From positions 42,153 through 106,152 of IMG/VR virus record IMGVR_UViG_3300043777_000086: a DNA stretch of 64,000 nt; one strand, 5' to 3'. Source of the stretch: a virus. Numbering within the stretch: position 1 is the stretch's first letter; every line of letters begins with the position of its first letter. Below are positions 37,954-47,253 of this stretch, piece by piece. Below the pieces are notes generated by a model. The model was not told the origin of the DNA. It did not search any database and was given only the letters and a program-made list of their open reading frames with translations. Position numbers and translations under genes: made by a program.

Positions 37954-38816
37954 TGGACCACCTCCGGCACTAGTGCCACCTTCGCCTTCGCCGCGGCCTT
38001 GGCCGCCTCAAGTGACATCGGCGGCGTGTTGACATCAGGAAAATTCAGCCGGTGCGCCGGGCAGCCGTGGAAGCGCATGACGGCGTCAAAGAAGATCGCG
38101 GCTTCGGTTTCGGTGTCGAAGCGACCAATGTATTGGGATTCCTGATTCAGGTAGGTCATGGCCATCCATTTGTCGCCGGAGGGGTAGACGCCCTTATACT
38201 TAGAAGCGCGCGTCGCTCTGCGGGTCATCCCGCTTTCGCGCTGGAGCTGTTCGGGGGATGCTGGTATGGAATGCAATTCTGGATGATTTAGCCGAGCCTC
38301 TGGGCCGACCAAGTAGAGCATGGCCCGATCATGGGCTATAGCTGCTTCTAGCTCTGTGTCATAACTACCCAGAAAGTACTGCTTGTAGTCTTTGTGGGCG
38401 ACTGCGCGATAACGCTCCATCTTGGGTTTCTTTACGACTCCCATGAGCGGATCTCTGCCTTGATAGTGGACCTCACCCACGGCAATTGAGGCGACCCTCG
38501 GGGGGTGAGACTTACGCATGTTCTGCATATTCTGTTGATGAGTGACGACGCGCAGATTAGCTCTGCGATTATCGAGGCCGCCCCCATTCCAGTGGTCGAC
38601 CTCTTTACCTGACGGCGGATTCATTATCAGTGTGTGCATAAACAGTAAGCTCGAGTGGCCCTTATTCCCTTCCCTTGCGGGGATGAACGTTACCGCATAC
38701 ACATTGTTGCGATTGCGCTTGGCGCTCCAGTGATAGCTGAGTATCAAGTCTCGATCCTGGTGATCGAACAACACGGCCTCTCCGGTCTTTAGGATAAGCA
38801 TTTCCGTTGGTTTCAT
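37950..38816 (-). CDS. HNH-AP2 homing endonuclease (two AP2 domains)
   Basis: VDH.NG.GLDNRR.NLR, LGSYDTELEAA.AHD, IGRFDTETEAA. Confidence 0.92.
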   Translation of the reverse strand: MKPTEMLILKTGEAVLFDHQDRDLILSYHWSAKRNRNNVYAVTFIPAREGNKGHSSLLFMHTLIMNPPSGKEVDHWNGGGLDNRRANLRVVTHQQNMQNMRKSHPPRVASIAVGEVHYQGRDPLMGVVKKPKMERYRAVAHKDYKQYFLGSYDTELEAAIAHDRAMLYLVGPEARLNHPELHSIPASPEQLQRESGMTRRATRASKYKGVYPSGDKWMAMTYLNQESQYIGRFDTETEAAIFFDAVMRFHGCPAHRLNFPDVNTPPMSLEAAKAAAKAKVALVPEVVQ

Positions 38817-38869
38817 GTGTTCGATAATACATCAACTTAATCCTTAATGCAATAACTAAGTTACTGAAA

Positions 38870-40045
38870 CTAAAAGCTCCAATCCAACTGCGACGGCTCG
38901 TGCCTCAGCCAGAAGGCGCTATTCTCTCCCGGCCCGCCGAGGAGCGACGCGTACTGATTCTTGTAATCCTGGATCGCCAGGGTCTCATCTGCGTTAATCG
39001 CCGCGATCAGATCCTCCTTAGCCCAGCGCTCATAATCCTTGGCTAGTCTCGGATCAAAGAACGGATCATCCTTAGAGGTCCTGGTGGACAGCGCCTTCGA
39101 TGCGGCCATATTCGTGAAGATCGTGGGCTCTAGGAACGGCGGCGGCAGGGAATCGTCGGTGATCATCTCAGGCCACTGTAATGAAGCCAGGAATGCGATC
39201 TGGCGCTGGCTGGTTGGGCCTGGGTAGATCTCCCACTGCATGAATCCAGCGGCACTGGGGCCGCGGGAGGCGAAGGCAATCGGATCTGAGTTGTCACTCC
39301 GCTGCGGATCCCGGATATCCAATTCCTCCTGGGTCATGTCGGTGTCGAGAGGGATCCCCTGTTGCTGATCTACGGCTGCGACGATCTTCCGGATGTTGGC
39401 ATTATTAGAGCTGGCTAGGATCGAATAATACATCCCCATGATGTAGTAGTTAACGCCTACCAGGGGGAGCCCTCCCCATGGGGAGTCGATCAGAAGCGTC
39501 GTCGGCGTGGGCACCGCCAGAATAGTGAACACAGGGTACTGGTAGCCGGTCCGGAGTTGCTGACCAACGAGTGAAGACTGAACGGCTGTCGCGCCAGCGT
39601 TGTGTGCGAATTGGAACAACCCAACAACCGAATTCCCTTTAATTAGGTTGATTGGGACTGCCTCGGCGCTTGGGGTGCCTCCGTCTATATACAGTACGCC
39701 GTCAGGCTGTAACCCCAGCACGCTCGTGAGTTGGACCTCAGAGAACCCTCCAGGCGCCGTGACCGGCTCAGCGAGTGTGGTATTCACGATGTCGTTAGTT
39801 GGCCACCCCGTGCCGACGCCGACCACCTGTTTTGACCCTGTGGCGATCGAGATCGTACCCGTGATGGTCTGGTTCGGTACCGATACAATCCCTGATTTCC
39901 TCAGGTCAACCCAATACGGCCGCTTATTGATCACCCAGCGAATCGCATCGTTGATGTACTGACGATAGCGCTCTCGTCCGAGGCTCGGCCTCACAGCCTG
40001 AACTCTTCCGATCATTGAGTAAAGATTTTCAGAAGTGAACGCCAT
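38870..40045 (-). CDS. head-tail adaptor / tubular protein A-like with inserted beta domains
   Basis: YINDAIR, WEIYP.P, DD..PP; follows decoration genes. Confidence 0.65.
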   Translation of the reverse strand: MAFTSENLYSMIGRVQAVRPSLGRERYRQYINDAIRWVINKRPYWVDLRKSGIVSVPNQTITGTISIATGSKQVVGVGTGWPTNDIVNTTLAEPVTAPGGFSEVQLTSVLGLQPDGVLYIDGGTPSAEAVPINLIKGNSVVGLFQFAHNAGATAVQSSLVGQQLRTGYQYPVFTILAVPTPTTLLIDSPWGGLPLVGVNYYIMGMYYSILASSNNANIRKIVAAVDQQQGIPLDTDMTQEELDIRDPQRSDNSDPIAFASRGPSAAGFMQWEIYPGPTSQRQIAFLASLQWPEMITDDSLPPPFLEPTIFTNMAASKALSTRTSKDDPFFDPRLAKDYERWAKEDLIAAINADETLAIQDYKNQYASLLGGPGENSAFWLRHEPSQLDWSF

Positions 40046-40050
40046 AAGTC

Positions 40051-40082
40051 AAAAACCCCGCCCCGGTCTCCCGAGGCGGGGC
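40051..40082 (-). terminator. rho-independent terminator after capsid/decoration genes
   Basis: CCCCGCCTCGG-GAGA-CCGGGGCGGGG stem followed by TTTTT on minus strand. Confidence 0.85.
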
Positions 40083-40111
40083 AGATCAATCGTAAGACGC
40101 GGACCTAACTT

Positions 40112-40726
40112 CTATGCTAACCCGGAATGCAGTCGATACTTCAACCGCACATTCAAGGTGCTTCCGGTGCCGGCCGTGAAGGGCGCCGTGGCGTTCGACA
40201 GGACCAGCGGTTCATTTTCCACGGTGGATGCAGCAGCCGAAGCCAGCGCATCCGTCATCAATGCCACCTGATTAACGGTTGGCGTTGTCAGGAATGTGGC
40301 AGCTACCGTTGTCGAAGCCAGAGGCCCTGTATTCGCGCTATAGTACAGTCCGATGGCCCCGCCTCCGGCAAATACCGCGCTCCCATAAACCAGCTCCAGC
40401 AAACAGGAGACCACCTCGATCACCGTACCGGCGCCTTGCGCTGGCACCAGGACAAGAGGTGTAACGCTCATCGCGTCTACCTGAACCGCCGTGAAGGTGA
40501 ACGCCACCCCCGCATTACCCTCGACCTCAATCCAGGTTCCCGGTGATCCAGCGGTTATACAGAACCACCCAAGTACACCACCCAATGAGGGATTGGTGTT
40601 CCAGATGAAATCCCCAACATTCAACTGAAGGCCGGCGGTATCGGAAGCCGAAGCAGGAGGCGCGGTGCCGTAAAACCTCCGATGGCCTTCACCGACCAGA
40701 TCGTACTGCGATTCCCATACGCTCAT
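40112..40726 (-). CDS. capsid decoration / head fibre-like protein
   Basis: GD.IWN.NP..GG..GW.C..AG.PGTW motif; position after MCP. Confidence 0.65.
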   Translation of the reverse strand: MSVWESQYDLVGEGHRRFYGTAPPASASDTAGLQLNVGDFIWNTNPSLGGVLGWFCITAGSPGTWIEVEGNAGVAFTFTAVQVDAMSVTPLVLVPAQGAGTVIEVVSCLLELVYGSAVFAGGGAIGLYYSANTGPLASTTVAATFLTTPTVNQVALMTDALASAAASTVENEPLVLSNATAPFTAGTGSTLNVRLKYRLHSGLA

Positions 40727-40735
40727 GCGATCTCC

Positions 40736-41251
40736 TTATCCCACCAGCGTTGGTGTCGAAACGTTTAGGTACGCGATCGTGATCGTCACCGACCCGGCTG
40801 TTGCTGTGCTCAGAGTGGAACTGCCGGGAGTGAAGGTCGCGAGCGGCGTGAACTGTGCCCGGCCGCCGGCCTTGAATAGCGCGGTCTCCTGGATGTTGGT
40901 GTCGCTCACTGTCTGCATGAGAGAAAACGCCGAAGTGAATAGCGTCAGGCTACCCAATCGACCGAGCGAAACGGTTAGCGAAGAGAACGTACCGGCGAAG
41001 GTGACCTGCTCCTTAACCTCGACGCCGATGATCTTCCCGCCCGCAGGGCTACTCACCACACTGGAAACTCCGGCCGCGCTCGGGATCATGAAGATCGTCG
41101 GTGCCCCGGCGCTACCGGTATTATCGGCATCGGTGAGGTTGATGCTCTGCGCCCCGGACCCCGAGATCGCCTGGAGATCCTTGTAGCTGATGATGAACTG
41201 GGTGTAGGAGAGCTTCCCGCCGGCCTGTAGAGCAATGTCTGATCGGTACAT
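40736..41251 (-). CDS. capsid cement/decoration protein
   Basis: small beta-rich protein immediately after MCP. Confidence 0.6.
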   Translation of the reverse strand: MYRSDIALQAGGKLSYTQFIISYKDLQAISGSGAQSINLTDADNTGSAGAPTIFMIPSAAGVSSVVSSPAGGKIIGVEVKEQVTFAGTFSSLTVSLGRLGSLTLFTSAFSLMQTVSDTNIQETALFKAGGRAQFTPLATFTPGSSTLSTATAGSVTITIAYLNVSTPTLVG

Positions 41252-41260
41252 AAATTCTCC

Positions 41261-42244
41261 TTAGAACAGGGTTCCCGCCGTGCAGGTGAGCTTTGCGCAA
41301 GAGCGCGGATTGGGAAGCAAGAACTGGGTACCGACCAGGTACTGGCCGGCATAGTCGATCGAGTTAGCAGCTTCCTTGAAGCCTGTGAATCCCCACTGGA
41401 ATAACGGCACCGTCGAGAAATACCACTCGACGTACTCGGTATTCAGAAGCCACATAGCGCCCGTCGTTCCGGTGGGCGCGTACCGGTCCATCACAACCTC
41501 AGCCGCGTTGAACCGGAATGCCTGGAAGCCCATCTTCCCGACGTCAGTGTTGGTCATGTCCGGATACCGCTGCAATGGTTGCAGTGAGTTCCAGAACAGG
41601 TTCCATCCGTTCGGGGTGGCAGTGATCAGATCCACGTGATCAGCACCCCAGGCGCTCTGCGTGTATCCATTCTGCACGGCCGCCAAATTGAAGCTGGTGA
41701 GATTCGCCACATACGAGTTGAGGCCGCCGACAGAGCCAACCGCCATCACATCCGAACGCGTGATCCCGCCGATGGTCGGGTACAGATTGCCGTCATCGAC
41801 CCAGGCGTTTAACCCTTCGAGGTTAAGGCTCCTGCCTGGATCCTGTGAGGAGAGAAATAGCGCCGTTCCCAGCAACTCAGCCATGCGCATTCCGGCGTTC
41901 TTGAACTTCAGCTCGATCTGGCTGAAGATTGCCGGGTCGCCGTTATTCAGCATGGCGTCGAAGCCGTAAAGGGTCATATTGACCGCGTAGAGCTTCATGT
42001 TGAGCTGGAGCGCAGTCTCGGTCACGACGTAGTCGATGTCGAAAGCCTGGCCGCGGCCGACCGCATCACCCCACAGCTTCCCAACGGTCAGGACGCGCTG
42101 GATCTGGTTGCCGCCCTCAAAACGCTCCATCCGGCGCGTGTGTAGGCGCGTGAAGGTGGGGCTGTTCTTGTAGACAACCTCGGTCGCCTTCGGCGCGATA
42201 TAGACCGTCGTGAAAGCGTTTACGTCGACGATTGGAAATGCCAT
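41261..42244 (-). CDS. major capsid protein
   Basis: 327 aa after scaffold; GGNQI, EGL...DDG..Y..IGGITRS, NPR motifs. Confidence 0.85.
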   Translation of the reverse strand: MAFPIVDVNAFTTVYIAPKATEVVYKNSPTFTRLHTRRMERFEGGNQIQRVLTVGKLWGDAVGRGQAFDIDYVVTETALQLNMKLYAVNMTLYGFDAMLNNGDPAIFSQIELKFKNAGMRMAELLGTALFLSSQDPGRSLNLEGLNAWVDDGNLYPTIGGITRSDVMAVGSVGGLNSYVANLTSFNLAAVQNGYTQSAWGADHVDLITATPNGWNLFWNSLQPLQRYPDMTNTDVGKMGFQAFRFNAAEVVMDRYAPTGTTGAMWLLNTEYVEWYFSTVPLFQWGFTGFKEAANSIDYAGQYLVGTQFLLPNPRSCAKLTCTAGTLF

Positions 42245-42258
42245 TTCTCAGATCTCCC

Positions 42259-43182
42259 TTAGTTGGCCTTGCCCGGAATTTTCAGCTCGCCGCGCCGATA
42301 CATCTCCATCATCCTGGCGCCTAGTACGCCGCTGCCTAGTGGCGCATCGCCGGCCAGATCCGGCGGCGCGTCTGTCGCGTCAAGGCCCTGGATTTTGCGC
42401 TGGAACGGAGGTACCGAAGCACCCCTGCCGTCATCGGTGGGGGACGCCGCGGAGGTCGTCTTCGCATTGACCGCCTCTTCGCGTGTCTTCAGCTCTGCTT
42501 CCTTGGCCGCCAATTCAGCAGCCTTTACCTCGGAACGCTTAGGGGCGACGAAGTCGTTATAAGCAGCAGTGAAATTTTTAACCGGAGTCTTGCCGGTCGG
42601 ATCGCTCGGATCAACCAAGTAGCGTACCCCGTTCGAGACAACGAACTTCATGAACCCATCCATGTCGAAGTCGTCCGATCCGAACTCCTTCATGTACTTG
42701 AGTGGGATCGACGCGGCGCGCGTGAAGAAGAATTCCTGATTGAGGCTCTGCTGATTCAACTTACCGTCGACCGTCGACACTACCTCATCCTTGGCGCTCT
42801 TGACCAGCCCGGTCACGTCGTCCTTTTTGAGGTAGCCCTTGGCGATCAGTTCTTTTTCAAGCTCTGCAAAATCCATAGGGTCTCCAGTTGGCACGTACGT
42901 GCCGGCTTCCATCGAAGCTACCTTACCACGCAGCGTGGCGACTTCCTGCTCCGCCTGCCACTGCTGCTTGGTCATGCCGTGCTCTTCGTCCCAGTCGCGC
43001 GTTCTGAAATCTTCCCACTTCTTAACGAAACTGTCGGCGTTTTCGAATGCCGCCTGCGCTCTGTCGAAGTCGGACTTGAGAGTGACCACATTCCCCAGTG
43101 GGTATTTGGCGGTCACAGCCAGGAACGTAGACCGGTCCTCTTCGGCCATGTTGAGTTGTTTTGCCAGAGCCTCAAAATCCAT
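42259..43182 (-). CDS. scaffolding protein
   Basis: charged helical protein directly upstream of MCP. Confidence 0.7.
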   Translation of the reverse strand: MDFEALAKQLNMAEEDRSTFLAVTAKYPLGNVVTLKSDFDRAQAAFENADSFVKKWEDFRTRDWDEEHGMTKQQWQAEQEVATLRGKVASMEAGTYVPTGDPMDFAELEKELIAKGYLKKDDVTGLVKSAKDEVVSTVDGKLNQQSLNQEFFFTRAASIPLKYMKEFGSDDFDMDGFMKFVVSNGVRYLVDPSDPTGKTPVKNFTAAYNDFVAPKRSEVKAAELAAKEAELKTREEAVNAKTTSAASPTDDGRGASVPPFQRKIQGLDATDAPPDLAGDAPLGSGVLGARMMEMYRRGELKIPGKAN

Positions 43183-43190
43183 GGTTCACC

Positions 43191-43553
43191 TCACGCCGCC
43201 GCCGGTGCTGGAGCATCAGTCGGCGAGGTTGCGGGCGGCTGCTCAGGGGCGGCCGACGAGCCTTGCTGCATCTGTTGCATCGACTGCATCACGGTTTGCT
43301 GCATCGACTTGCCGACCTCGATCATTTTCGCCACATCGCCCATCATTGATGGCAGGGTCTTGTCCGCCATCTGCGCTATTTTACTCGTTGACTCGGCGAT
43401 CTTTTTGACCTCGGCCATGATCTCCTGAGTGGCGCGAATGGTGGCGGATTGAGACTCGGTCTGCATTTGTCCGACTCTGGACATCAGCGACTGAGGCGGG
43501 GCGTCTGATTGTTGACTGCGTATTTCGGGGGGATTAGGGAGCGACGGGGTCAT
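43191..43553 (-). CDS. Q/M/P-rich head-module protein
   Basis: position between portal and scaffold. Confidence 0.65.
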   Translation of the reverse strand: MTPSLPNPPEIRSQQSDAPPQSLMSRVGQMQTESQSATIRATQEIMAEVKKIAESTSKIAQMADKTLPSMMGDVAKMIEVGKSMQQTVMQSMQQMQQGSSAAPEQPPATSPTDAPAPAAA

Positions 43554-43558
43554 TGCTA

Positions 43559-43846
43559 CTAGTCGGCTCCGCTTTTGCTGACTACGCCCTTAGCTTGGTT
43601 GGCGAACGGCCAGGTGGCTCCGCCGCGCCGTAGTTCGACTTCATCCGCGCCGCCCATTTGGACCGGTCCTTTGTTGCCGGGGTCCGAATACGGAGGCTTG
43701 ATTTCCGATTCGTTGGTGTCGATGTAATCGGCGCCAGCGTATTGGAGTGGGCCACCAGACCGCTTCTGTGAATCCTCCGGTCGCAGGGGGCTGCTACCCA
43801 GATCGATTTCATCACTCGAGCTTTGAATGGTGCCTTTGTATGCCAT
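43559..43846 (-). CDS. small disordered head-module protein
   Basis: likely start MAYKGT. Confidence 0.6.
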   Translation of the reverse strand: MAYKGTIQSSSDEIDLGSSPLRPEDSQKRSGGPLQYAGADYIDTNESEIKPPYSDPGNKGPVQMGGADEVELRRGGATWPFANQAKGVVSKSGAD

Positions 43847-43880
43847 GAGGGTTACAACCTGGAATGCGGCGGGGTTGGAT

Positions 43881-43919
43881 ACGCGCAGGGCTCGTCCGTC
43901 GCTGTCCGAGCCCTGGCGT
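43881..43919 (-). other. GC-rich stem-loop in capsid-operon leader
   Basis: CAGGGCTCG (43886-43894) ... CGAGCCCTG (43907-43915), extendable by ACGC/GCGT. Confidence 0.6.
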
Positions 43920-43942
43920 GGTTGCGGGATCACCGCATCAGA

Positions 43943-43993
43943 CTACTTGCGGTGCTTTTTGCGCCGGTTGGCGATGGGGCCGAAACTGTTCAT
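43943..43993 (-). CDS. 16-aa basic micropeptide MNSFGPIANRRKKHRK
   Basis: AAGGAAGGGTGA RBS; paralogue of 44064-44123. Confidence 0.65.
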   Translation of the reverse strand: MNSFGPIANRRKKHRK

Positions 43994-44063
43994 TGCGTAT
44001 CACCCTTCCTTTCTCGCGACCGACAACGCCAGGCCGCGTAATTTCAACAAGATCGATGTGGCG

Positions 44064-44123
44064 CTACCGCATCTTCTTTTCGCGCTTTTTGCGCCGGTCG
44101 GCCGTTGGTCCGAAGGAAAACAT
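44064..44123 (-). CDS. 19-aa basic micropeptide MFSFGPTADRRKKREKKMR (23 aa if start 44135)
   Basis: GGAAAGGATGG RBS; paralogue of 43943-43993. Confidence 0.65.
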   Translation of the reverse strand: MFSFGPTADRRKKREKKMR

Positions 44124-44176
44124 CTGCGTATCCATCCTTTCCTGGCCCGACTACGCCAGGGCCTTTATTTCACATA

Positions 44177-44206
44177 AGAGTAATACGGAATTTGACGTAG
44201 CGTCAA
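44177..44206 (-). promoter_or_regulatory. candidate capsid-operon promoter with palindromic -35 overlap
   Basis: TTGACG-18 nt-TACTCT; TTGACG-N3-CGTCAA palindrome at 44192-44206. Confidence 0.5.
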
Positions 44207-44242
44207 GAAAATAAAATACTTGTGGACGATTAATGAGGAGGA

Positions 44243-46108
44243 TCAGGCGATTTGAGCGTTGCGTTGACCGCGGCTCATGCGCGGAGTACGGCCGGATTGA
44301 CCGCCCCCGATGATACCCGCCTGGCGTTCTTTAGTGATGCGCTGGATCTCCGCAGCCACGTCTCCGATGTCACACTTTTTGAGCAGAGTCTCCAGGCTTA
44401 AAGCCCCGGATCTGAATAAGTTAATCGCCTTGATCTGCTCTCGGTCCTTGTTTGCTCCGTGTAGTGATCCAGGGGATATCGTTACCGTGAAATTCTTCCA
44501 GAAGCTATCGCGCGCCTGGTCGGCGGGAACCATGTTAGCGGGATCCCAAACGTAGTCGTCCCAGGTAACTCCGTCGTTGCCAAGGATATAGTAGCGCTGC
44601 TTGCGCGGAAAGTACTGAAGGATATGACTGACGGCAATCTCCCCGGCATTGCGAAGCGAGACTTCTATATACCTTCCCTCTAATCGGATCGGGCCGCCTT
44701 GAGCGTCCCGGATCTGCTCCATCGTATCCCCGCCGGGAACCTGCTTCTTTCTAGAAATCGCCTGGACATCCATCGAGCCCGCGTGGCGGTCGAAAATAGA
44801 GAGTAGGTATTTGGCGTACTCAAACACGTAAGCCGGGAGGTTCGGCGGGTCTAGCGGCTTGACGTCTCCGATTTGAGCCGTCGCGTTCATGAGGAGTTTC
44901 TGGCCGGGGATCTCCGGGAAGAAGCGGTTCCAGTCGGCTTCATTTACCGATCCGCGCTTAGCGAGATAAGCCTGATTGATCGCTTTCTTGATCGTGTCGA
45001 ACACACCGGCTGAGATCTCGTTCATGCCCTGATTGAGAGGCATCAGGGTGCGGTACTTTGAGAGCCCACCCGGACCCCATACGATCGGATCGAGTACGAA
45101 CTTTACGAATGGGTAGGCGGTCGACCAATACGGAGAGGTGGTGTCGTAGAGATCCTCTCGGCCACCGAATACCAATAGGCGTTTACGGGGATAGAGCCGC
45201 TCGCCTCGCTTGACGGTGTACCAGTAATTATGCTGGTTGACGTCGTATCTCGGATCCTTAACGAGGACATCGTGCAGGGATTCATTGGTCTGCCCGTCCT
45301 CGAACCAGATCTCCTCGAGTTCCGCTACCGGGAAGGTGTCGGTGTCCCGGCTCATCCCGTATTGTGGCGCCCGGTCTTTCATCATGTGGCGCATTGATGG
45401 AGAAAGGCGGGACCATGAGTACTCCGACATCATCATGTTCGGGTGGTAATTCGATTCGTTTGGCTTGTATTGCTCCGACCCGCTACGCATCACCTTTTCA
45501 GCGACTGCGCGCCCCCACTTCTCGATAAAGTACTGAATGGGCTTGAATACCGTATAGCGAATCGCGCTCGATTCCTGGAGGTCCGAGGCGCAGTTGATTG
45601 GCATCACCGCGTCCATCCCGAGTGCGATTGCATTGAGACGGCCCAGCGACGCGTTGATCTTCCAGTACCCTACCGAGAGCATCGCGTGGTCGAGCACTTC
45701 CGCCAGCCGTAGATCGAGATCCGACTTGATCCACTCGTGGATAATCATCTTCGAGAGGATCTCGGCTGTCGTCGGCCAGGGTTCGGCCTTAACGGAAACA
45801 CTCGGGCGAACGTCGGTGTACTGCGCTAAGGTCTCTCGCCGCGCGCGGTTAAGGTGGTTGTCTACGAACTTGGATCTAAACTGGGGTCGCTTCGCCGGCC
45901 ACATCTCCCCCATCAGGGCTCGAATGTATTCGTTTAATTTAGCCCACTCCTTGTTTTGCTTCAGCTCCCTCGTGGCCTGTTCTCTAGTCCCCTCCCGGAA
46001 GGAGCGGAGCTTCGCTGAGTAACGATCCGTGAAGTCGGGAGATCCGCTCTTAGGTCGGTAGATAGGTCCGCGCGGAGCGTTATCAATGAGGGTGGAGCTG
46101 GGGGTCAT
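44243..46108 (-). CDS. portal protein
   Basis: 621 aa downstream of terminase; YPFV......WG.G....L..L...N pattern of podoviral portals. Confidence 0.85.
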   Translation of the reverse strand: MTPSSTLIDNAPRGPIYRPKSGSPDFTDRYSAKLRSFREGTREQATRELKQNKEWAKLNEYIRALMGEMWPAKRPQFRSKFVDNHLNRARRETLAQYTDVRPSVSVKAEPWPTTAEILSKMIIHEWIKSDLDLRLAEVLDHAMLSVGYWKINASLGRLNAIALGMDAVMPINCASDLQESSAIRYTVFKPIQYFIEKWGRAVAEKVMRSGSEQYKPNESNYHPNMMMSEYSWSRLSPSMRHMMKDRAPQYGMSRDTDTFPVAELEEIWFEDGQTNESLHDVLVKDPRYDVNQHNYWYTVKRGERLYPRKRLLVFGGREDLYDTTSPYWSTAYPFVKFVLDPIVWGPGGLSKYRTLMPLNQGMNEISAGVFDTIKKAINQAYLAKRGSVNEADWNRFFPEIPGQKLLMNATAQIGDVKPLDPPNLPAYVFEYAKYLLSIFDRHAGSMDVQAISRKKQVPGGDTMEQIRDAQGGPIRLEGRYIEVSLRNAGEIAVSHILQYFPRKQRYYILGNDGVTWDDYVWDPANMVPADQARDSFWKNFTVTISPGSLHGANKDREQIKAINLFRSGALSLETLLKKCDIGDVAAEIQRITKERQAGIIGGGQSGRTPRMSRGQRNAQIA

Positions 46109-46566
46109 ACGCTCTCCGCCGCCACTTTTTGAGCCTCGTGATTGGAGTGCTGCACGAACTCCTTAGCCTCTGAGTGAGATCCTGGCTTGAAAGTTTTTCC
46201 GTCCGATGAGATGAATCCGGACGACGTGTCACTCGGGAGCGCTAGTCCCTCGTTGTGGCAATAATCCCGCTGGGCCTGCCAGGTGTCTATGTAAACTGGT
46301 TCTGGTTTCCCGCTCACGGTATTGTTCTTCTTCCAGGCCCAGTGACCGCCGTCCTTCGCGTGGCCGCCCTCGAGGTTTTTGTCGAGATATCGGGATGTAA
46401 TGGCACCCGAGAATGGCGTAGAGAACCGGCTTACTTGACGCTCAGTAGGGGATCCGCATTTCGGGCATGGGGGATCCGCGGACTTATATGTACTCGCGAG
46501 CCACTCGAATGTGCGCCCCCACCAAGGGCAATCCAACGAGAGGCACGTATTTTCAAAGATGGGCGT
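46105..46566 (-). CDS. FmdB-like zinc-ribbon protein, probable ACG start
   Basis: in-frame ACG-CCC-ATC-TTT-GAA (xPIFE..C...C) 7 nt after AGGAG; CPKCG....R..S. Confidence 0.7.
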   Translation of the reverse strand, partial: TPIFENTCLSLDCPWWGRTFEWLASTYKSADPPCPKCGSPTERQVSRFSTPFSGAITSRYLDKNLEGGHAKDGGHWAWKKNNTVSGKPEPVYIDTWQAQRDYCHNEGLALPSDTSSGFISSDGKTFKPGSHSEAKEFVQHSNHEAQKVAAESV

Positions 46567-46568
46567 AC

Positions 46569-47237
46569 TCAGTCTCCTATGAACGCGAGGTCGTCTTCCT
46601 CTTCGGTAGCCGAGGGATTATCCGAACTCGGATTTATCGTGATGACTTCCGAATCCTTCGGGAAGAATGAATCGGCCGTGATCGGATGGGGTTCCAGTGT
46701 ACTCATCACCGGACCAGGTACTTCTATCTTTGGTCCAAGCCACCGCATCAGAACATCCGTACTGAACGGCTCCCCAGCCACCTCTGATAGTTGCGCGTAC
46801 TGTTCGCGGTTCAGGAAGAAGGTACTACACCGGGACTCGAGATCCCAAAACCAACCGAGCGCCATCGCCTGGTCCATCATCTCCTGGATCATCTGGTCGA
46901 CGGTCATCCCCTGTACGTCCGCGCGCTGGCGCATTTCCTCGTGTAGTGATGGATCGATCTTCCACCGACCAACCATCGCGCCTTCGCTCACCCCAAGTCC
47001 ACGCTCGACCGCTTCGATCAAGGCATCACTATCGGCCATCCTCTCGTCTATGTCGCACAGCCGCTCAGCGGTCGCGGGAGACAATAGCATCGCGCCCCTA
47101 GAGATTCCATCAAAGACTTCGTTAGCGAACATTGAGATCTTCTGGGCGTCTTCGCCTTCACCCTCTACCTGTTCGAGGATCCTTTTGTAGGCCGCTTCGC
47201 TCAGTTCGATCGTGAGCGGGATCTTAACCTGATTCAT
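46569..47237 (-). CDS. hypothetical protein with RHH-like segments
   Basis: AAGGAGAGG RBS; KIDPSLHEEMRQRADVQGMTV. Confidence 0.7.
   Translation of the reverse strand: MNQVKIPLTIELSEAAYKRILEQVEGEGEDAQKISMFANEVFDGISRGAMLLSPATAERLCDIDERMADSDALIEAVERGLGVSEGAMVGRWKIDPSLHEEMRQRADVQGMTVDQMIQEMMDQAMALGWFWDLESRCSTFFLNREQYAQLSEVAGEPFSTDVLMRWLGPKIEVPGPVMSTLEPHPITADSFFPKDSEVITINPSSDNPSATEEEDDLAFIGD
46620..46633. repeat. 14-bp dispersed palindrome copy ATCCGAACTCGGAT
   Basis: exact match. Confidence 0.9.
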
Positions 47238-47253
47238 CGCCTCTCCTTATTTG

